DNA of 64,000 nt, taken from NCBI GenBank assembly GCA_032718475.1, contig JAUCBJ010004537.1, positions 93,172-157,171 of the forward strand, written 5' to 3'. This stretch comes from Nemertoderma westbladi (taxonomy: Eukaryota > Animalia > Xenacoelomorpha). A program made the translations under genes and the position numbers. The notes under the pieces were generated by a model that was not told where the DNA came from, did no database searches, and saw only the letters and a program-made list of their open reading frames with translations. This document shows positions 1 to 13,269 of the stretch, one piece after another (within the stretch, counting starts at the first letter, position 1; each line of letters opens with the position of its first letter).

Positions 1-493
1 CAAGGTCAATTGATGCTGCATACAATATGCACGAGAATGCAAAGAGACGGAAGTACGAGGAGCGAATCAATATGGTTGAACATGCAGGCTTCTGCCCTTT
101 TGTAGCTGCAGCAAGTGGAGGTCTAAGTAGATCGGCCAATGCGCTCATAAATCGCATGTCCTTGCTTCTGTCTGCAAAGCGTGATACCCCTTACTCCATA
201 ATGGTAGCGCTCCTACGAGTAAAGATGTGTTTTGCCCTTCTGAGATCGTCCGTGATGTGTCTACGTGGTTCAAGGAGCCACAGAAAGGCTGCTGGTAAAG
301 CCACCAAAGCAATCGCTGAAACAGGTTTTATATCTCTTTCAACCAGTTCCGGTATCTAAATAATAATAACATGCAAATTAGAAACTCTCAAAATATTAAA
401 TACGTAATTAATGTTGATTTATAATTTAGTATTATAAACTATTGTTGTTGTGATACGTGTTCTAATATTAATGTAATATATAATAAAAAAAAA
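1..493 (+). mobile_element. 3' end of a non-LTR retrotransposon with restriction-like endonuclease domain (CRE/R2-group-like), ORF end at 359 plus A-rich tail
   Basis: ORF 27..359 HENAKRRKY...EHAGFCPFVAAASGG...FALLRSSVMCLRGSRS matches the E-x-K-x-x-K-Y / F-x-P-x-V-x-x-x-x-G C-terminal REL motif; followed by an AT-rich 3' UTR ending taataaaaaaaaaa at ~481-493. Confidence 0.7.
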
Positions 494-1090
494 GTGAATT
501 TGCAGCGCTATTTATTCTATTTAATAAATACACAAAATTCTAGAATGTGTTATTTATTTTATAAGTTGGTTGGCAACAGCGGTATTCCTATCCAATATAT
601 ATATTGCATAGCTATTCATACTTAAACAAAATGTTCCAGAATATCGTGTATTTATTAAATGGAATAAATGGCCTTCAGCGAACGATACTTCTTGCAATCT
701 TTGAATACCTATATCTCAGTTGTTTCTCAACGACATTCAGATATTGTTACATATTTGGAATCCTTGCAACGCAAGCTTTTTAATGATATGAAAAAATTAC
801 GACTAATGTGAAGAATGGCCACGATATGGAGGGTGCGATTTCGCAACACTTTTTTTAAAACGCTTATAAAAAAAATTTAAAGGCAAAATCGAAAATTCCG
901 GCTTCATGGGGTCATCGACGGTGAGTGGAACTAGTGGTGTTTCAAATTTCAAGCAATATGATAAAGATTTGTAGAAAAATCTGGGGGGGGGGGGGGGGTC
1001 CGTGTCATCAGAAAATGACACTATATTACGGGACATTGGTGTATATCGAATATAAGTGAAATTTATTAACAGGTACACAGTATTAATTAA

Positions 1091-2087
1091 TAGTCGAGTC
1101 AATCTAGCAAAAAACCCATAAGTATTTCGCAATCAATCCGAACCACACATTTTGGATTCTATATTACCTTATTAATGACCAAAAAAAATCTATAAAATTT
1201 TATTTTGCGGATCATATGTTTATTCAAGGAAATTCTGCGTAAATGTGCATAACACAAGCCAAACAAAAGGAACAGTAGGGAAAAGTAAGTAGCAAATTGG
1301 TGATGTTCCAGAATAATTTAATTAATTTCACAATAAGCTGTGATTCAATGTGAAATTAGTAATATTTACACTGGCGTGTTACACATTAATTGTTATATCT
1401 CGGAAACTAGAAGTCGCATCAAATTTTTAAATATATTAAAAACTTCACGATATATTAAGGAAACCGTTGTAAAAAAATTATACAATTCCACTGCAAGGAA
1501 ATTTCATAATTTCCATTAATGTTAGTGAAGATTTTTCCCATAATTTAATTGTGATTGCTCTATTGATTTTAGGTGTAATTTATTTATTTGTTTTAGTGGG
1601 AAAACCACAATAGTTTATCATATAACAAATAAATTTTCTGGGGATAAGGGTTTTTGAGGTCGATAAATCCGATGGGCGAGGTTACATCCACCCGTTTAGT
1701 AGAGAAGTTGTGTAAATAAATAAGCTCTCTATATTGTACCAGCAAAATTGGTATTAAAAATGGTTAAATTATTAGACCAATTTCCGTTGCTCTGGAAACT
1801 AAATTGGTAACTATCTAGAAGTGCATACTTCTGTCAATCGATAGTCATTAGAGTAAAGTTTGTCTGTACCAAATTTGGAGAAAATCCCACCAATAGACCC
1901 CTTGTTGCTATGTAAAATCCATGTTGCTAAGGAAAGAAACAGGAAATTGAAGGTGATCCGCATAATATATTTTTATAGACTTTTTGGGGGTATTAACAAG
2001 GTAATGTAGAATACAAAAAACTTGGTTTGAATGAATTGCGAATTTGTTATGGGTTGACACCCTTTTTCGGCTAGATTGACTCGCCTA
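1091..2087. mobile_element. Non-autonomous TIR DNA transposon (Academ-like termini TAG...CTA)
   Basis: TAGTCGAGTCAATCTAGC...ACCCATAA at the left end and TTATGGGT...GCTAGATTGACTCGCCTA at the right end; TAA on both flanks (1088-1090, 2088-2090). Superfamily call is inferred from termini only. Confidence 0.55.
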
Positions 2088-2634
2088 TAAACATTTATAT
2101 CTAATTAAAGTCTCTTGTTATCTCCTGCATGAATGTGATAAATCTTTTCCATCGTTGACAGAAGCAAAAACTGAGTCACTGTCTGCGTCCGTTCAGTTTT
2201 ACTGAACATGAACATATTGTCTTTGTTCATTTTCTCAAAATGTATTCTATAGGACGTATGGACTACAGTTTTACACGTTAAACAATTATTTACATACAGT
2301 AGCTAGTCCCGTCACTTCAAACTGGACGCACACATTATGCAGCAAACACGTGCTGCTTTATTGAAAAAAGGGACACCATTAATATAAATGGAAATAATAC
2401 ATTCTGGAACACGGTAATTGAAGTTGTTTCCATGCCATTTAAACTTTCTAGAACAACGTAATAATAAGCGGTGACATACAGGATATACTAGAAATACATA
2501 GTAAAATGTATGGCGTAGGGACATACTGCCAAATAATGTCGCACTGCGATATAAAACTGGAAAATATATCGCCCTGGTGATTTGGTAGTGCGAAATTAAT
2601 TATTAAATTAATTCCATACAAATAAATAAAATAA

Positions 2635-2781
2635 CATATTATATTGTGTATAATGTACCCTTATCTCACTTCGGTCCCTCGTTTCAATATTTCACTCACT
2701 CGCTCCGCTCGTTCGTGTAAATATAACACTCGGGACCGGTGTGAGATAAAGTCCTACATTATACGTTAGGATAATAATATA
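2635..2781. repeat. Palindromic hairpin repeat (Crypton-type non-autonomous element-like)
   Basis: Inverted arms tataatgta...ttatctcacttcggtccc / gggaccggtgtgagataa...tacattata around a core ttcactcactcgctccgctcgttcgtg. Confidence 0.45.
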
Positions 2782-4856
2782 ATTGCACACATTTATGTGA
2801 TGTTATAAATTTTGGTGAGGAATAGCTGAGATACGGGAGTTCTAAAGGTTTTGCATCAACAGGAGGCCATTATATTCAATGAATGGAAAGGTAACCGGTG
2901 GAAAGAGAAACGAGAAACTCAATGTTCCGATTTAAAGAACTAATAACTCACGTCTGGGAGTTCCAATTACAGCGAATTCAATCCTCTGTAATAAATTCAT
3001 AGAAAAAATAACTAAAATTAAACGGAAAATATAATTTAAAAAAAAAACGAAAACGAAACGGAAAATTCGATTTGTAAAATATAACAAATTTATGAATTGA
3101 GATTAGATTAATTTCGTTTAGTTATTATCACTTTGAAGGATTGAACATTTTTTGGCAAAATGTAATACTGAACCTACATTTGGTTATTCTTCGGTATATA
3201 TATATTATTAATGATAGTAGAACGACAAAATAAAGTTGAATATAAAAAAAACCGTAAATAGTTATTATTATTATTATTATTTATTATGAGTGATGGACGA
3301 ATTTACTCACTATATACTAATAAATTATTAAATATTCTAACGGTTTGCTACAGTCAAATTTTAAACAGTTAATTGTATATATATATATATAATAACATAT
3401 ATTCAAACAGGAAGATGTGACAATAATTGATAGCAGAACACGCACCTACCATAGTTCTATATATTAGTCTAAAACGTAATACGCACCAATTAAACAAAGA
3501 TAAAATTACACAAGTGAATGGCTAAACAAAATGTGCCCTGGTTATGCCTATTACAATAATTAATGTAATTGGACTACAAGTAAAGTATGTACCGGTACAT
3601 TACATTTACTAACGAGAATAACAAAAAATACTTTGTATTAAATGACTGGGAAATTGAATACAGTAGTGACTAGAACTGTAGAATTACCAACGTTAGTTTG
3701 TCAAATATATAAACCATGTGGGGTGATGGGCGTTAAAATGTTCAGCGTTGTGAAAACTTATTGACTATATAGGCCTATACGTACATATCACGCAAATGAA
3801 AGCGAATAAGCACGTGGAAATAAATTTATTTACGCGCTAAGTGTGAACATTTTGGCGGACATTTAACATTCAAGCAAAATTAAATATATCCAAAAGTATC
3901 CAAAAATCACAATAAATGCAACAGTAAATGTCATGTAATGCAACCCAATTCTGGAAGATAAAGATCCATAAGTCAGTTGTCGGATTTTTATTCTTTATTA
4001 AGTTATTACAGGCAGCAAAGTGGGGAAATACATCGATATATATATGATACAAATCTGAGTATAGAAAATGTAATGCTACATCTGGCACAAATATAAATTA
4101 AATACCAACTCGAACGTATACAAGATGCTATACTTTATTCACCGAGAAATTGACTGGACAAATATGTATCCAGCGGTAGGCCTATTAACAATCCCAATGA
4201 TGTAACTGATTACTCCACGCCACGGAAAATGGCAGGGCTAATTATATAATTTCCAATTAACAATAATCTGATATGACTTATGAAATTGCATTACTGCCAA
4301 TTATACGATCTGTCATTTATTATGTAAACGTAAAATAATAACAATAATTGGGATTAAACCGGGGCAAAAATGGGATATCCAAGAATCAACCAAGAATGGA
4401 TACAAGTATTAGTTTACTTTGCTGCTACGTACTATCTAACTTCCAACAATTCTTAATTCAGCATCAGCCAGTCAGCAATGGCGGACACCAGTGAATATAA
4501 CATAGATATATCGTGTTGCGACTTGCGAATATGGCGTAGGCCTACTTAGAATAGGCCTACCTGATACATGTATAAACTTGTATTGTACAGTACACATAAC
4601 AGTCACAGTGAAGACCGCTAAATTAAATGATCCAGGTTGACGTCACTGGTAAATTACAAATCACTTTGAGTGAAACAATTTATACGGGGGGCCCAGAATA
4701 AAAATCAAAATATACAAATACAGTTAGGGCTACTGCAATAACACATTCTGAAAAATCACATAATAATATTATTAGAAGTCAGAAGATATTTATGATTATC
4801 TGTCTGTACCGTACCGGTACGGAACACCCCTTAATCATTATTATAACGATTAGCGA

Positions 4857-5135
4857 TTACGTTATATATTGTTGTCGAATACGATTGATCCTCATCTGCC
4901 ATACAGAGAACACTAATGTGAGCAAATACAGGGCTGCGGCAATGAAACAGTTGGATGAAGACTGGTTAAACATTGCAAATACGTTGTCCTCCGTAAAATC
5001 CGACGGTTCTGCTATATCGTCCCCTAATATTGGTGAGTGGATTCGATAAAATATCCCCAGAAGAACTAACAATATTAGACCCCAAAGGCTTAACACCATA
5101 CAACAAGATGACATTTTTGGACCAAGGATCTTCAT
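4857..5135 (-). CDS. RNASEK: Ribonuclease kappa / V-ATPase subunit f, intronless CDS (92 aa)
   Basis: GPKMSSCCMVLSLWGLILLVLLGIF...FNQSSSNCFIAAALY matches the RNASEK signature (CGPKxSxCxxxLSxWGxxxL...YxQxxxNCFIAAxxY) with two hydrophobic helices. Confidence 0.9.
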   Translation of the reverse strand: MKILGPKMSSCCMVLSLWGLILLVLLGIFYRIHSPILGDDIAEPSDFTEDNVFAMFNQSSSNCFIAAALYLLTLVFSVWQMRINRIRQQYIT

Positions 5136-6302
5136 TTTCGCAGATTACCTGGATCAGTGAGAGTGTAACGACTAACGACAACGAGTAACAAAACGACAGT
5201 AACTTGTAACTGGCTGGCTGGCAACGGCAAATATACAGACCGACAATATATACAATATACTGAAATAACGGCAGAACGGTTGCGCCTAATGACACAATGT
5301 GCAATGCAGCAATGAGATCGGCCTATCAATAATACAGTAATACTGCAATATCTGAAATCTGAATAGGCCCTATATCAGTCAGCCAGTACCGGTATACCTC
5401 TGTCTGTCTGTACTGCTGTACCTGTCAGTCACCTGTATACAATCAGACAGTACCGTACAACAGTCTGACAGTAGGCCTGCACAGTGTGCCGCAGTGGGCC
5501 TATGCAACGCACAGAATTCAGGAATCAATACTGCAGTATGCAGTACTGCAGTACGGTACAGCAATAGCTAAATAGTGTAAACAAGGAACTGCAGAACTGC
5601 CTGAACTGGTGAATGGTACCCGACAGGTATTAACATCAACAATTTGGGGTTTCACTTTTCAACGTATGCCGTACGTATCCACGTATGTGCGTACGTATCC
5701 ACGTATCTATACATTACATTGAGCGATTTGGCATACGCGTATGCATACGCGTAGACGAATACTATTTCCTGATTGGTCCAGATGATTATTGTCAAGCCAA
5801 CAGTGTCTCTGTAGCTGAGGCCTATTACTGTATTATTAGAAGACCGTAAGGGCTTCTTGCTGTCAAAAATAAAAGTCTGTGTGTGTGGGGGGTGTTTATG
5901 TGTGTGTTTGTCTGTATGTACTGTATGTTTGTGCACATTGATATTGGCTTGGAAGGGTAAGAAGTGCTCTACTTCATGGCCAACAATACAAAGAAACGTA
6001 TCGATTATTTGGGTTCTTATTTCGTTTATTAATTATTTAAGCGGCTAAAATTAAGCTCTTGCTGTATAAAAATAGTACAGGTCAATTCGCCGTGTCCCAT
6101 TCTCACAAAGTTTTTATTTTATTCGAGTGTTTAATATAAAGATGTATGATTATTTATTGATTGAAAATTAAATAGTGTATAAAAATGTCCTATTCCCTCA
6201 CGCAGCCTGAACTTTGCCTATGGTAGCGAATAGGGAAGGATTTTCTCTGTATCATACTGTAGCAACTTTGTATAATTATTTAACTCTAGCTAGCTGGAAA
6301 GA

Positions 6303-7599
6303 GCTCTAGCTCTAGCTTGAGAGACTGCTACGTGGAAATCAGAATGGGTTCCGTAAAGGTCGTGGAACCATGGAGCCCATTTTGGCACTTAGAAGGATAA
6401 TTGAAGAGTTATCAAAAAAGAAAGACAGGCATCTGGCTGTTATCTTTGTTGACTTCTTCAAGGCCTTTGATTCAGTCTCTCGCTCACGTATGTTCAGCAT
6501 ACTTTCATTATATGGGATTCCTGATGAAATTATTGCAGCAATCAGATCAGTATACGATGGTTCGACAACATTTGTGTCTACTGTTGACGGTGACACAGAA
6601 CCATTTGAAGTGTTATGGGGCGTCCTCCAAGGAGACACACTTGCACCATTCTTGTTCATTATTGTGGTTGACTATGTTCTACGCATGTCCTTAGATCATC
6701 ATAATGATGATGGGGTGATGATAACTCCACCTACTGGCTCCAGAAGTCGAGGAAATCCTGCCAAGTACCTAACTGATCTAGACTTTGCTGATGACTTAGG
6801 AGTACTCTCAGAATCATTAGAGGGAGCCCAGCGGCTCCTCAGCTCATTAGAACATGCTGCTTCTAGTGTTGGTCTTTTTATTAACTCCAGAAAGACCAAA
6901 ATTCTGACAGTTAACTTTGAAAGTCCTCAGCAAGTCTCTGATCGGATGAGCATAAGCTCAAAGGATGGTATGCTTGAGCATGTGGACGACTTCTGTTACC
7001 TGGGATCATGGATCCGGAAGTCAGGTGAGGACCTTCGAATACGTAAGGGAAAGGCATGGGCAGCCTTGAATAGGCTTTCCAGGATTTGGAAGTCACCTAG
7101 AATTAATCGGAAACTTAAGGTCCGATTATTTAGAGCAGCAGTAGTTCCAGTACTCCTCTACGGGAGTCCATGCTGGGCTCTAACTGCTGAGGACACCAAA
7201 TCTCTGGATGGCACATTCACAAGAATGCTACGCCGGGTACATTGTGTCAAGTACAATGCACACATCTCCAACCAGACACTATATAACATTGGAGGTGTCT
7301 CATTGGTTCCCCCAAGCTTGACACTAGAACAAAATCGCCTCCGCTTTGCAGGACATTGCTTTCGCCGTGAGGACCAGCCAGTGCATAATCTTGTACTTTG
7401 GCAGCCTCATGGAGTGAATAAGCATGGTGGACAGCCCATGACTCTCTTGAGACGCATCTTAAAGGACACTGGCCTTAAAGATGCGGATGATCTAGCAAAT
7501 GTCATGGGTGATAGGGAGTTGTGGCGGTGCAATTTTGTTGACAAGCCGGCACAGCATTCTTAAAAATGCAGCTGCAATGCAGCATGCCGATCCTAGTAG
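6303..7599 (+). mobile_element. 5'-truncated RTE-clade LINE with intact partial reverse transcriptase ORF (6370..7563)
   Basis: RT motifs QNGFRKGR, FVDFFKAFDSV, GVLQGDTLAPFLF, LDFADD, FCYLGS and RTE-type C-terminus RLRFAGHC; (TAG)n tail; 12-bp TSD TAGCTGGAAAGA at 6291-6302 and 7600-7611. Confidence 0.9.
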
Positions 7600-8721
7600 T
7601 AGCTGGAAAGACAGGTAGCAAGCTGGCCGGAGTGTTGAGTGTGTCTCAGTAAATCCAATGGTTGGGGTGGGTTGTCTGTTGCGAACTGGTCATGACATTA
7701 ATTCGGCTTTCTCCAAGTAGCGTAAAATTTCAAACGGCAAAAAACGAATTTGGTTGGATAATACTGTACGATAGGCCCTATATTTTAGTGTCATATTCGT
7801 GATCAGAATCCCAGAAAACTCCTATTATCATAAAATCAGGTTGATTTGGATTTTTCATTATAATTTGTGCTACGTGTATTATTTGTGCCACATACTAACA
7901 CGTATCAAAAAAAGCCGTAATCAATAAGGTACAATATTATTCAGTGTCATATTCGTGATAAGCATCCAAAACACCGATATATATCGCAAATAAATTAATT
8001 TTAGTGAGCCCTAAAAACTTTGGAAAATTTTAGCACGCGAATAATACTGGAGATGTGTGTCAGAAAGGGACCACATCACGAATACTAACATATAGCCATG
8101 TAAACGGCGTTTTCGCTGTTGGATAGCCTAATACATTTTAGGAAATGTCACGAAATATCGGTTTTACAAACAAATCTGAGTCAATAATACATATAAACTA
8201 CAAAAAATTTATAAATTGACCCCCCACCCCGTGTCAAATAGGGTTAAGCAACGAAAAAGTACCTATTTCAGAAAATAATTTCGTATTACATGGGGAAAAA
8301 AATTATATATTTTTTTTCAATTTGTCTTATTTAGTTCATTTTATCAAGTTGAAAAATGCATAATATAAATACTGGACGGGGGGGGGGGGGGGTGGAAGAG
8401 TTCACCCGGGCCGCCACGTCATTAAACGGGCCCTGCTAGTAGCCACCCATTTTAGTGATGTACGGGTACAAGACCTGTACTGACTTCTATACAAATGGCA
8501 ATTCTAGCCATATTTTTGCACACCAAAATATCACAGGACTATTTAATTGAAATTATTTATATTTTAAATTATATTATAATAAAACAATTTTTGGGTTTGG
8601 TTAATGTGTGTCCAGTGCCAAAGCTGGTGACGATAGCTAAATCGCCCCCGAAAATCCATCTACTGTGTCTGTCTGTTTTCCATTTTTTCGCCCCCCGTTT
8701 TTTTCGCCCGGGGGCAAAATG

Positions 8722-8935
8722 GTCTAGAACAAATATTTTTTGTTCTAGAACATTTTTTAGAAAACAATCTGGATTCTATTTAAAACGCATTGTGAAAAAA
8801 AAATATTGTGAACATTTTTTTGGTATTTTTATTGATTTTAAACACGTTTTAGAACGATTCCATATGCGTTTTAAATATGATCCATATTTTTTTCTAAAAA
8901 ATGTTCTAGAACAGAAAATATTTGTTCTAGAACAT
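8722..8935. repeat. Foldback/palindromic MITE-like repeat with TTCTAGAA motifs
   Basis: tctagaacaaatattttttgttctagaacattttttagaaaa...atttaaaacgcat is inverted as atgcgttttaaat...tttctaaaaaatgttctagaacagaaaatatttgttctaga; a related motif occurs at ~24215-24255. Confidence 0.6.
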
Positions 8936-10870
8936 AAATTTTTTAAAAAATGAATAGCTGACACATCTTCTGGAACATTTTCTATACAAATAGTAACAAG
9001 AACTAGCTACTACAATATATTTATAGAGGGAAGTACTGTAGGATGTCGGAATCAGTGTTGAAATTACTAGCTAAACCTACCTAAAACACTAGCTACCATA
9101 AAATTTTGTATCTTACTTAACAAGGAGGCTTCAATTACGTCCATTGACCAAATTGCAGCAAATGAAAATTTATGGAGAACTCCCCATATCAAAATATCAA
9201 ATTGTTGTAAAAAAATCTTGCCCCCAGTCACCGCCCCCAGTTACATCGATGGCATGGCCTTGTATATACAGTAGTACGCCTTGAACAGAAGGCAATAATT
9301 CGGTGATGATGATGTTGAGTTGATGTGAGTATCCATATAAACTCTATCGTTGGTAATACAATTTTTCGTGTGGTCAACAAAAGGGGTTTCAACTCATATT
9401 ACTTACAGTACAGTATTAAAAGCTTTGCTTTGGCTTATTTTTCGCTCCCTGTAGCCTGCGCGCGCCCGGGTTGACTCGGCCCCACCCCCTACGCAACGCC
9501 ACTGCCACTGGGGAATAGTATTCCAAATCGTATCTATGATGTGTTTCCATCAGTTGTTTCGGCTTTTTAGCATATTAAACTGTAGGCCTACTGTACATAT
9601 GTACCGGTCCCATGGACTCTGTGTCGAATCTAATTTAGCCTACAGTAACTGAAGCCTAAGCGTTTTGCATGAAATTTTCCTCGCAAAGGAAGCACGCAGG
9701 GTTACCAGAAAGCTGGCAACCGGTATAGTACTGTAGTACTGTAGTTCAAGCGCTGCTTTATACAGCAGCGTGTTAATAGGTATGATTTTGGAAATAGTGT
9801 TGCCTGGCGATGATATTGGTGTAGGTAGGACGTGGTGGAGGTTTACAGACTGTATAGTGTATATTTATGCTGATATATATATCTAGGTAGCAAAAATGCT
9901 TGCAACTAATTAGAATTGACAATGGGGTTGCATGATGTAATATAATGATTTTGTTCAGAAATGGAAAAAAATGAGGAAGCATGTTCAACGGCCCCGGTAC
10001 CATCATTTATTTATTTAATAGAGAACGAGTTCAAATTAAATATTGGAACAAATTACTGTATGATACACTAATTACAGTACTTCTTACTAAATATGCAATG
10101 AAATAAAGTAATTGAGCTACTGTATAATATAATACAGATAATGTATCGATGGAGTAAGGATACTAAGCATGTATGAGGGACTTACAGTACCGTGGCCCTT
10201 TCTTAATTGTATATTGAAAGCTTACTATAAGGAATATTGCACCTGGTACCTGGCATACTGTAACAGCGTCTGGTATAGTAAAGCTGCATGTAGTGTTGTA
10301 CTGTACGTTCTCTACAAGATCGATACTGTTTTTTTTATATGGAAACCATACTGACAGACTGAGGTACAATAGTAGTTTTTCAATGGAATACACCGAAACG
10401 GAATGTTAATTTTTCAAGCTTTATGGCTACCTGAACTCGCTGCAGTATAACGATCGAATGCGAGATCGGACACTATGGTTAACCCTAAATCCTTACAAAT
10501 TAGACTAGCACGAAGGATGCTATCATTACAGTAGTACACAAACACAGAGCGCCAGGCCTCTAACTGTCTAACAACTGGCAGACTGGAATTTACCAGTTCG
10601 ATCCCACCTGCTCGTCATTGACGACTTTGCAGACGTCTTGTCGTCAATTCTCCCTATGGCGTTTTCAGTAACTAATTTATTCGCCCTCTGCAGGCCGCTC
10701 ATAAAAAACGGGTAATACGATTTACGTTGTTTGAAAGGTTTGAACAAGGGACACATTTGCCAATGCCTTCCTTAAGTACTGAGGGAAAGGTCTCGTAAAA
10801 ATCGTCTACCGTTTAACAGCTTCCATACCTGGTACGTAATAATATTATTATTATTAACAAATGCAGTGGT

Positions 10871-13269
10871 CAGTCAGGGAGATCATCAAATTTGAGAATA
10901 CCTCAAATTTCAAATTATAGACCCAATTTTGGAATTACCTCAAATTTAATACAAGGTTAGGTTAATTCTCTAAATTGGAGTTTTACCCCAAATTTGAATT
11001 TCATAGCAGCATAGTCAGATACAGACAGAAGTCATAGTTGGCCTTGCTGCCTTGTTCAGTAGTTGTTAGCTTGCTACTGTATTGCAAAGGTAAAAAAATA
11101 AACTGATGTAGGCCTAGTGTCTGAGTGTTGTGAAATATAATATTTAAAACATATACAGTATTAGTTTAAAAAGGCTTATATTTAAAAATGCTACTGGTAG
11201 GGCGATAGGGGTGCAGTGGGGTGGTATGATCAGATGGTAGACATATAAAACGAAGTACAGAGCTTAAAGAACTTATATTTTTATATTGTTACTTTTTGCT
11301 TGAATATGCCATAAAATCGGGAGAAATAGTAGTAGGCCTACTTTTTTTTCCTACTGGTAGGGAAAATATCTGAATATATAATAATATGAAAATATCTGGA
11401 TAATCCCATAATATCTGAATATTGTAACTTTTTGTTGGGCACAGCTTTTGCAAAGTCGGCAACACAGCAACCTGCAATAATATTGAATAATATTGCCACA
11501 TAATAATGTACCATAGAGCCATAATTTTGCATTGATTTTACTTTTTCTCCCGGTAAAAAAAGTAAAATAAAGCATTGGCACTTGTGTCAAATAGGGGACC
11601 CTCCTAGCTCCTAATCTGCTAATCCTGAAATCACCTAAACTAAAGTCACTTTCACTAGTGCCCGGTTACAGGGTTAGCAAAGGAGCAGGTTACAGAAGTG
11701 AGTTGAAAGTAACCAAAAAACAATAAACAAGAGTTAGGAATATTGATATCACCTGCACTAAATTTCAGGATTAGCTGGTGATTTCAGGATTAGCAGATTA
11801 GGAGGGTCACCTATTTGATTTGACACAAGTGCCAAAATATTTTTGGTGGAATTTCTAAAATTTCATTGAATGTGTTGATCAAAATTTTTGATCGAAAGTT
11901 GAGCAAAATCCATCCCTACACACTATTGCAATGCAAATTTAATGCCTGCAAGGTGTAATCCAGAGATGAGATAAAGCCTCGAGAATAGGTTAGTGAAAAA
12001 GGTTATACTTTTTGCCCAAGTTATAAATGATTCTGGTTCCTCATAAGGTCAATTTAAAAGGATGTATGTATGTATAGTATAAACAAACAGTCATTTAGAT
12101 TTCTAAAACATTTCAGATGTCTTGATAAGAAAGCAGAGTCTAAAGACTGTTTAAAAGAATAGCGATTAGTGATGATGATGTTTCTACTGTGTTCCAGGTC
12201 CAGCATGTTCCATATGTTAATAGCCCTGATAACTGGATAAAGAAGAGGTGATGTATGGAACATGCAGACATGGGAGCATGGGCAGATGGGCGGGGCATGG
12301 CCTTTAGAGTCTCCAGTCGTATAGAATAACTAACAAAAGAATCAAGTCCACATATATTGTATAAACCACGTCAACCTTTCAGCCTTGGCGGCAACATTTC
12401 TCTAGAAATGGGCTCCAAACTGTGGAAGAATGATGGTACAGTATTCCAATTGACAGATAGACCTAGGGCAGGCGAATATTACATAAGTCTTCAGGCTGTC
12501 AGGAGAGGAATGGCTTCATTTGATGTACAAAGTTTTAAAGAGGACATCAACAACCAGAAAACATATTTTTTTCCGAAGATGTGTGATATGAATGATGAAC
12601 AGAACAGATGAATGCCAGAATATGTAAACTTCCAAATTCTGGAATTGATTCAACATCCTGACATCTACAAGATATAGTAGGCCTTCCTGAGTCTGTGACT
12701 GTGCAGCTGTGTGAGCTTGAATCTCGCAACAGTGAGGCTTTGGTCTACTGTTCTTCTTACCAACAGTAAGGCTGTAAGGATAGCGAATTTCTCTAGTCTT
12801 CTATGCATTTTTCTCACCAATCACTAAAGGAGTTAACAATCATTAAAGTTATTAAACATCTCATGTCACATTGGTCACTGGTTACACTGGTCACCCATTA
12901 TCACCAAGCTCTATAAGCACTAAGCAGCAAAGCCTACTGCTGGCAGGCTGGTGATGTTGTAAAGACTGGCGAAATTTGAGGTTTTATCTCAAATTTGAGG
13001 TTTAACCTCAAATTTCAATTTTCGCCCCCAATAAAAGCATGTTTGCATCGGTGAAATATTTTATTGCATCGATGAAAGTTCTTATTTTACATTATATTTT
13101 AACATATTAAAAGTATAAGTTGCTCCAACAGTTTCCCTAAGTCGCAGCAACACTCGATATTATGAGCCTAAAAATACCTCAAATTTGAACAAAAAACCCA
13201 AATTTTTGACAGCCTATTACCAGAATTCGAAATTTGGGGTAACCCCAAAATTGATGATCTCCCTGACTG
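10871..13269. mobile_element. 2.4-kb non-autonomous DNA transposon with 19-bp TIR, 5-bp TSD and palindromic subterminal repeats
   Basis: CAGTCAGGGAGATCATCAA ... TTGATGATCTCCCTGACTG; GTGGT on both flanks (10866-10870, 13270-13274); repeated AAATTTGAGG..CCTCAAATTT motifs near both ends. Confidence 0.75.
11577..11833. mobile_element. MITE nested in the 10871..13269 element
   Basis: ~55-bp imperfect TIR GGCACTTGTGTCAAATAGG...CTAATCTGCTAATCCTGAAATCACC / GGTGATTTCAGGATTAGCAGATTAG...CCTATTTGA..TGACACAAGTGCC. Confidence 0.75.

Noticed and set aside
8495-8964. 152-aa and 62-aa ORFs
   Set aside because: F/K/I-rich translations of an AT-rich palindromic repeat; the same peptide appears on both strands
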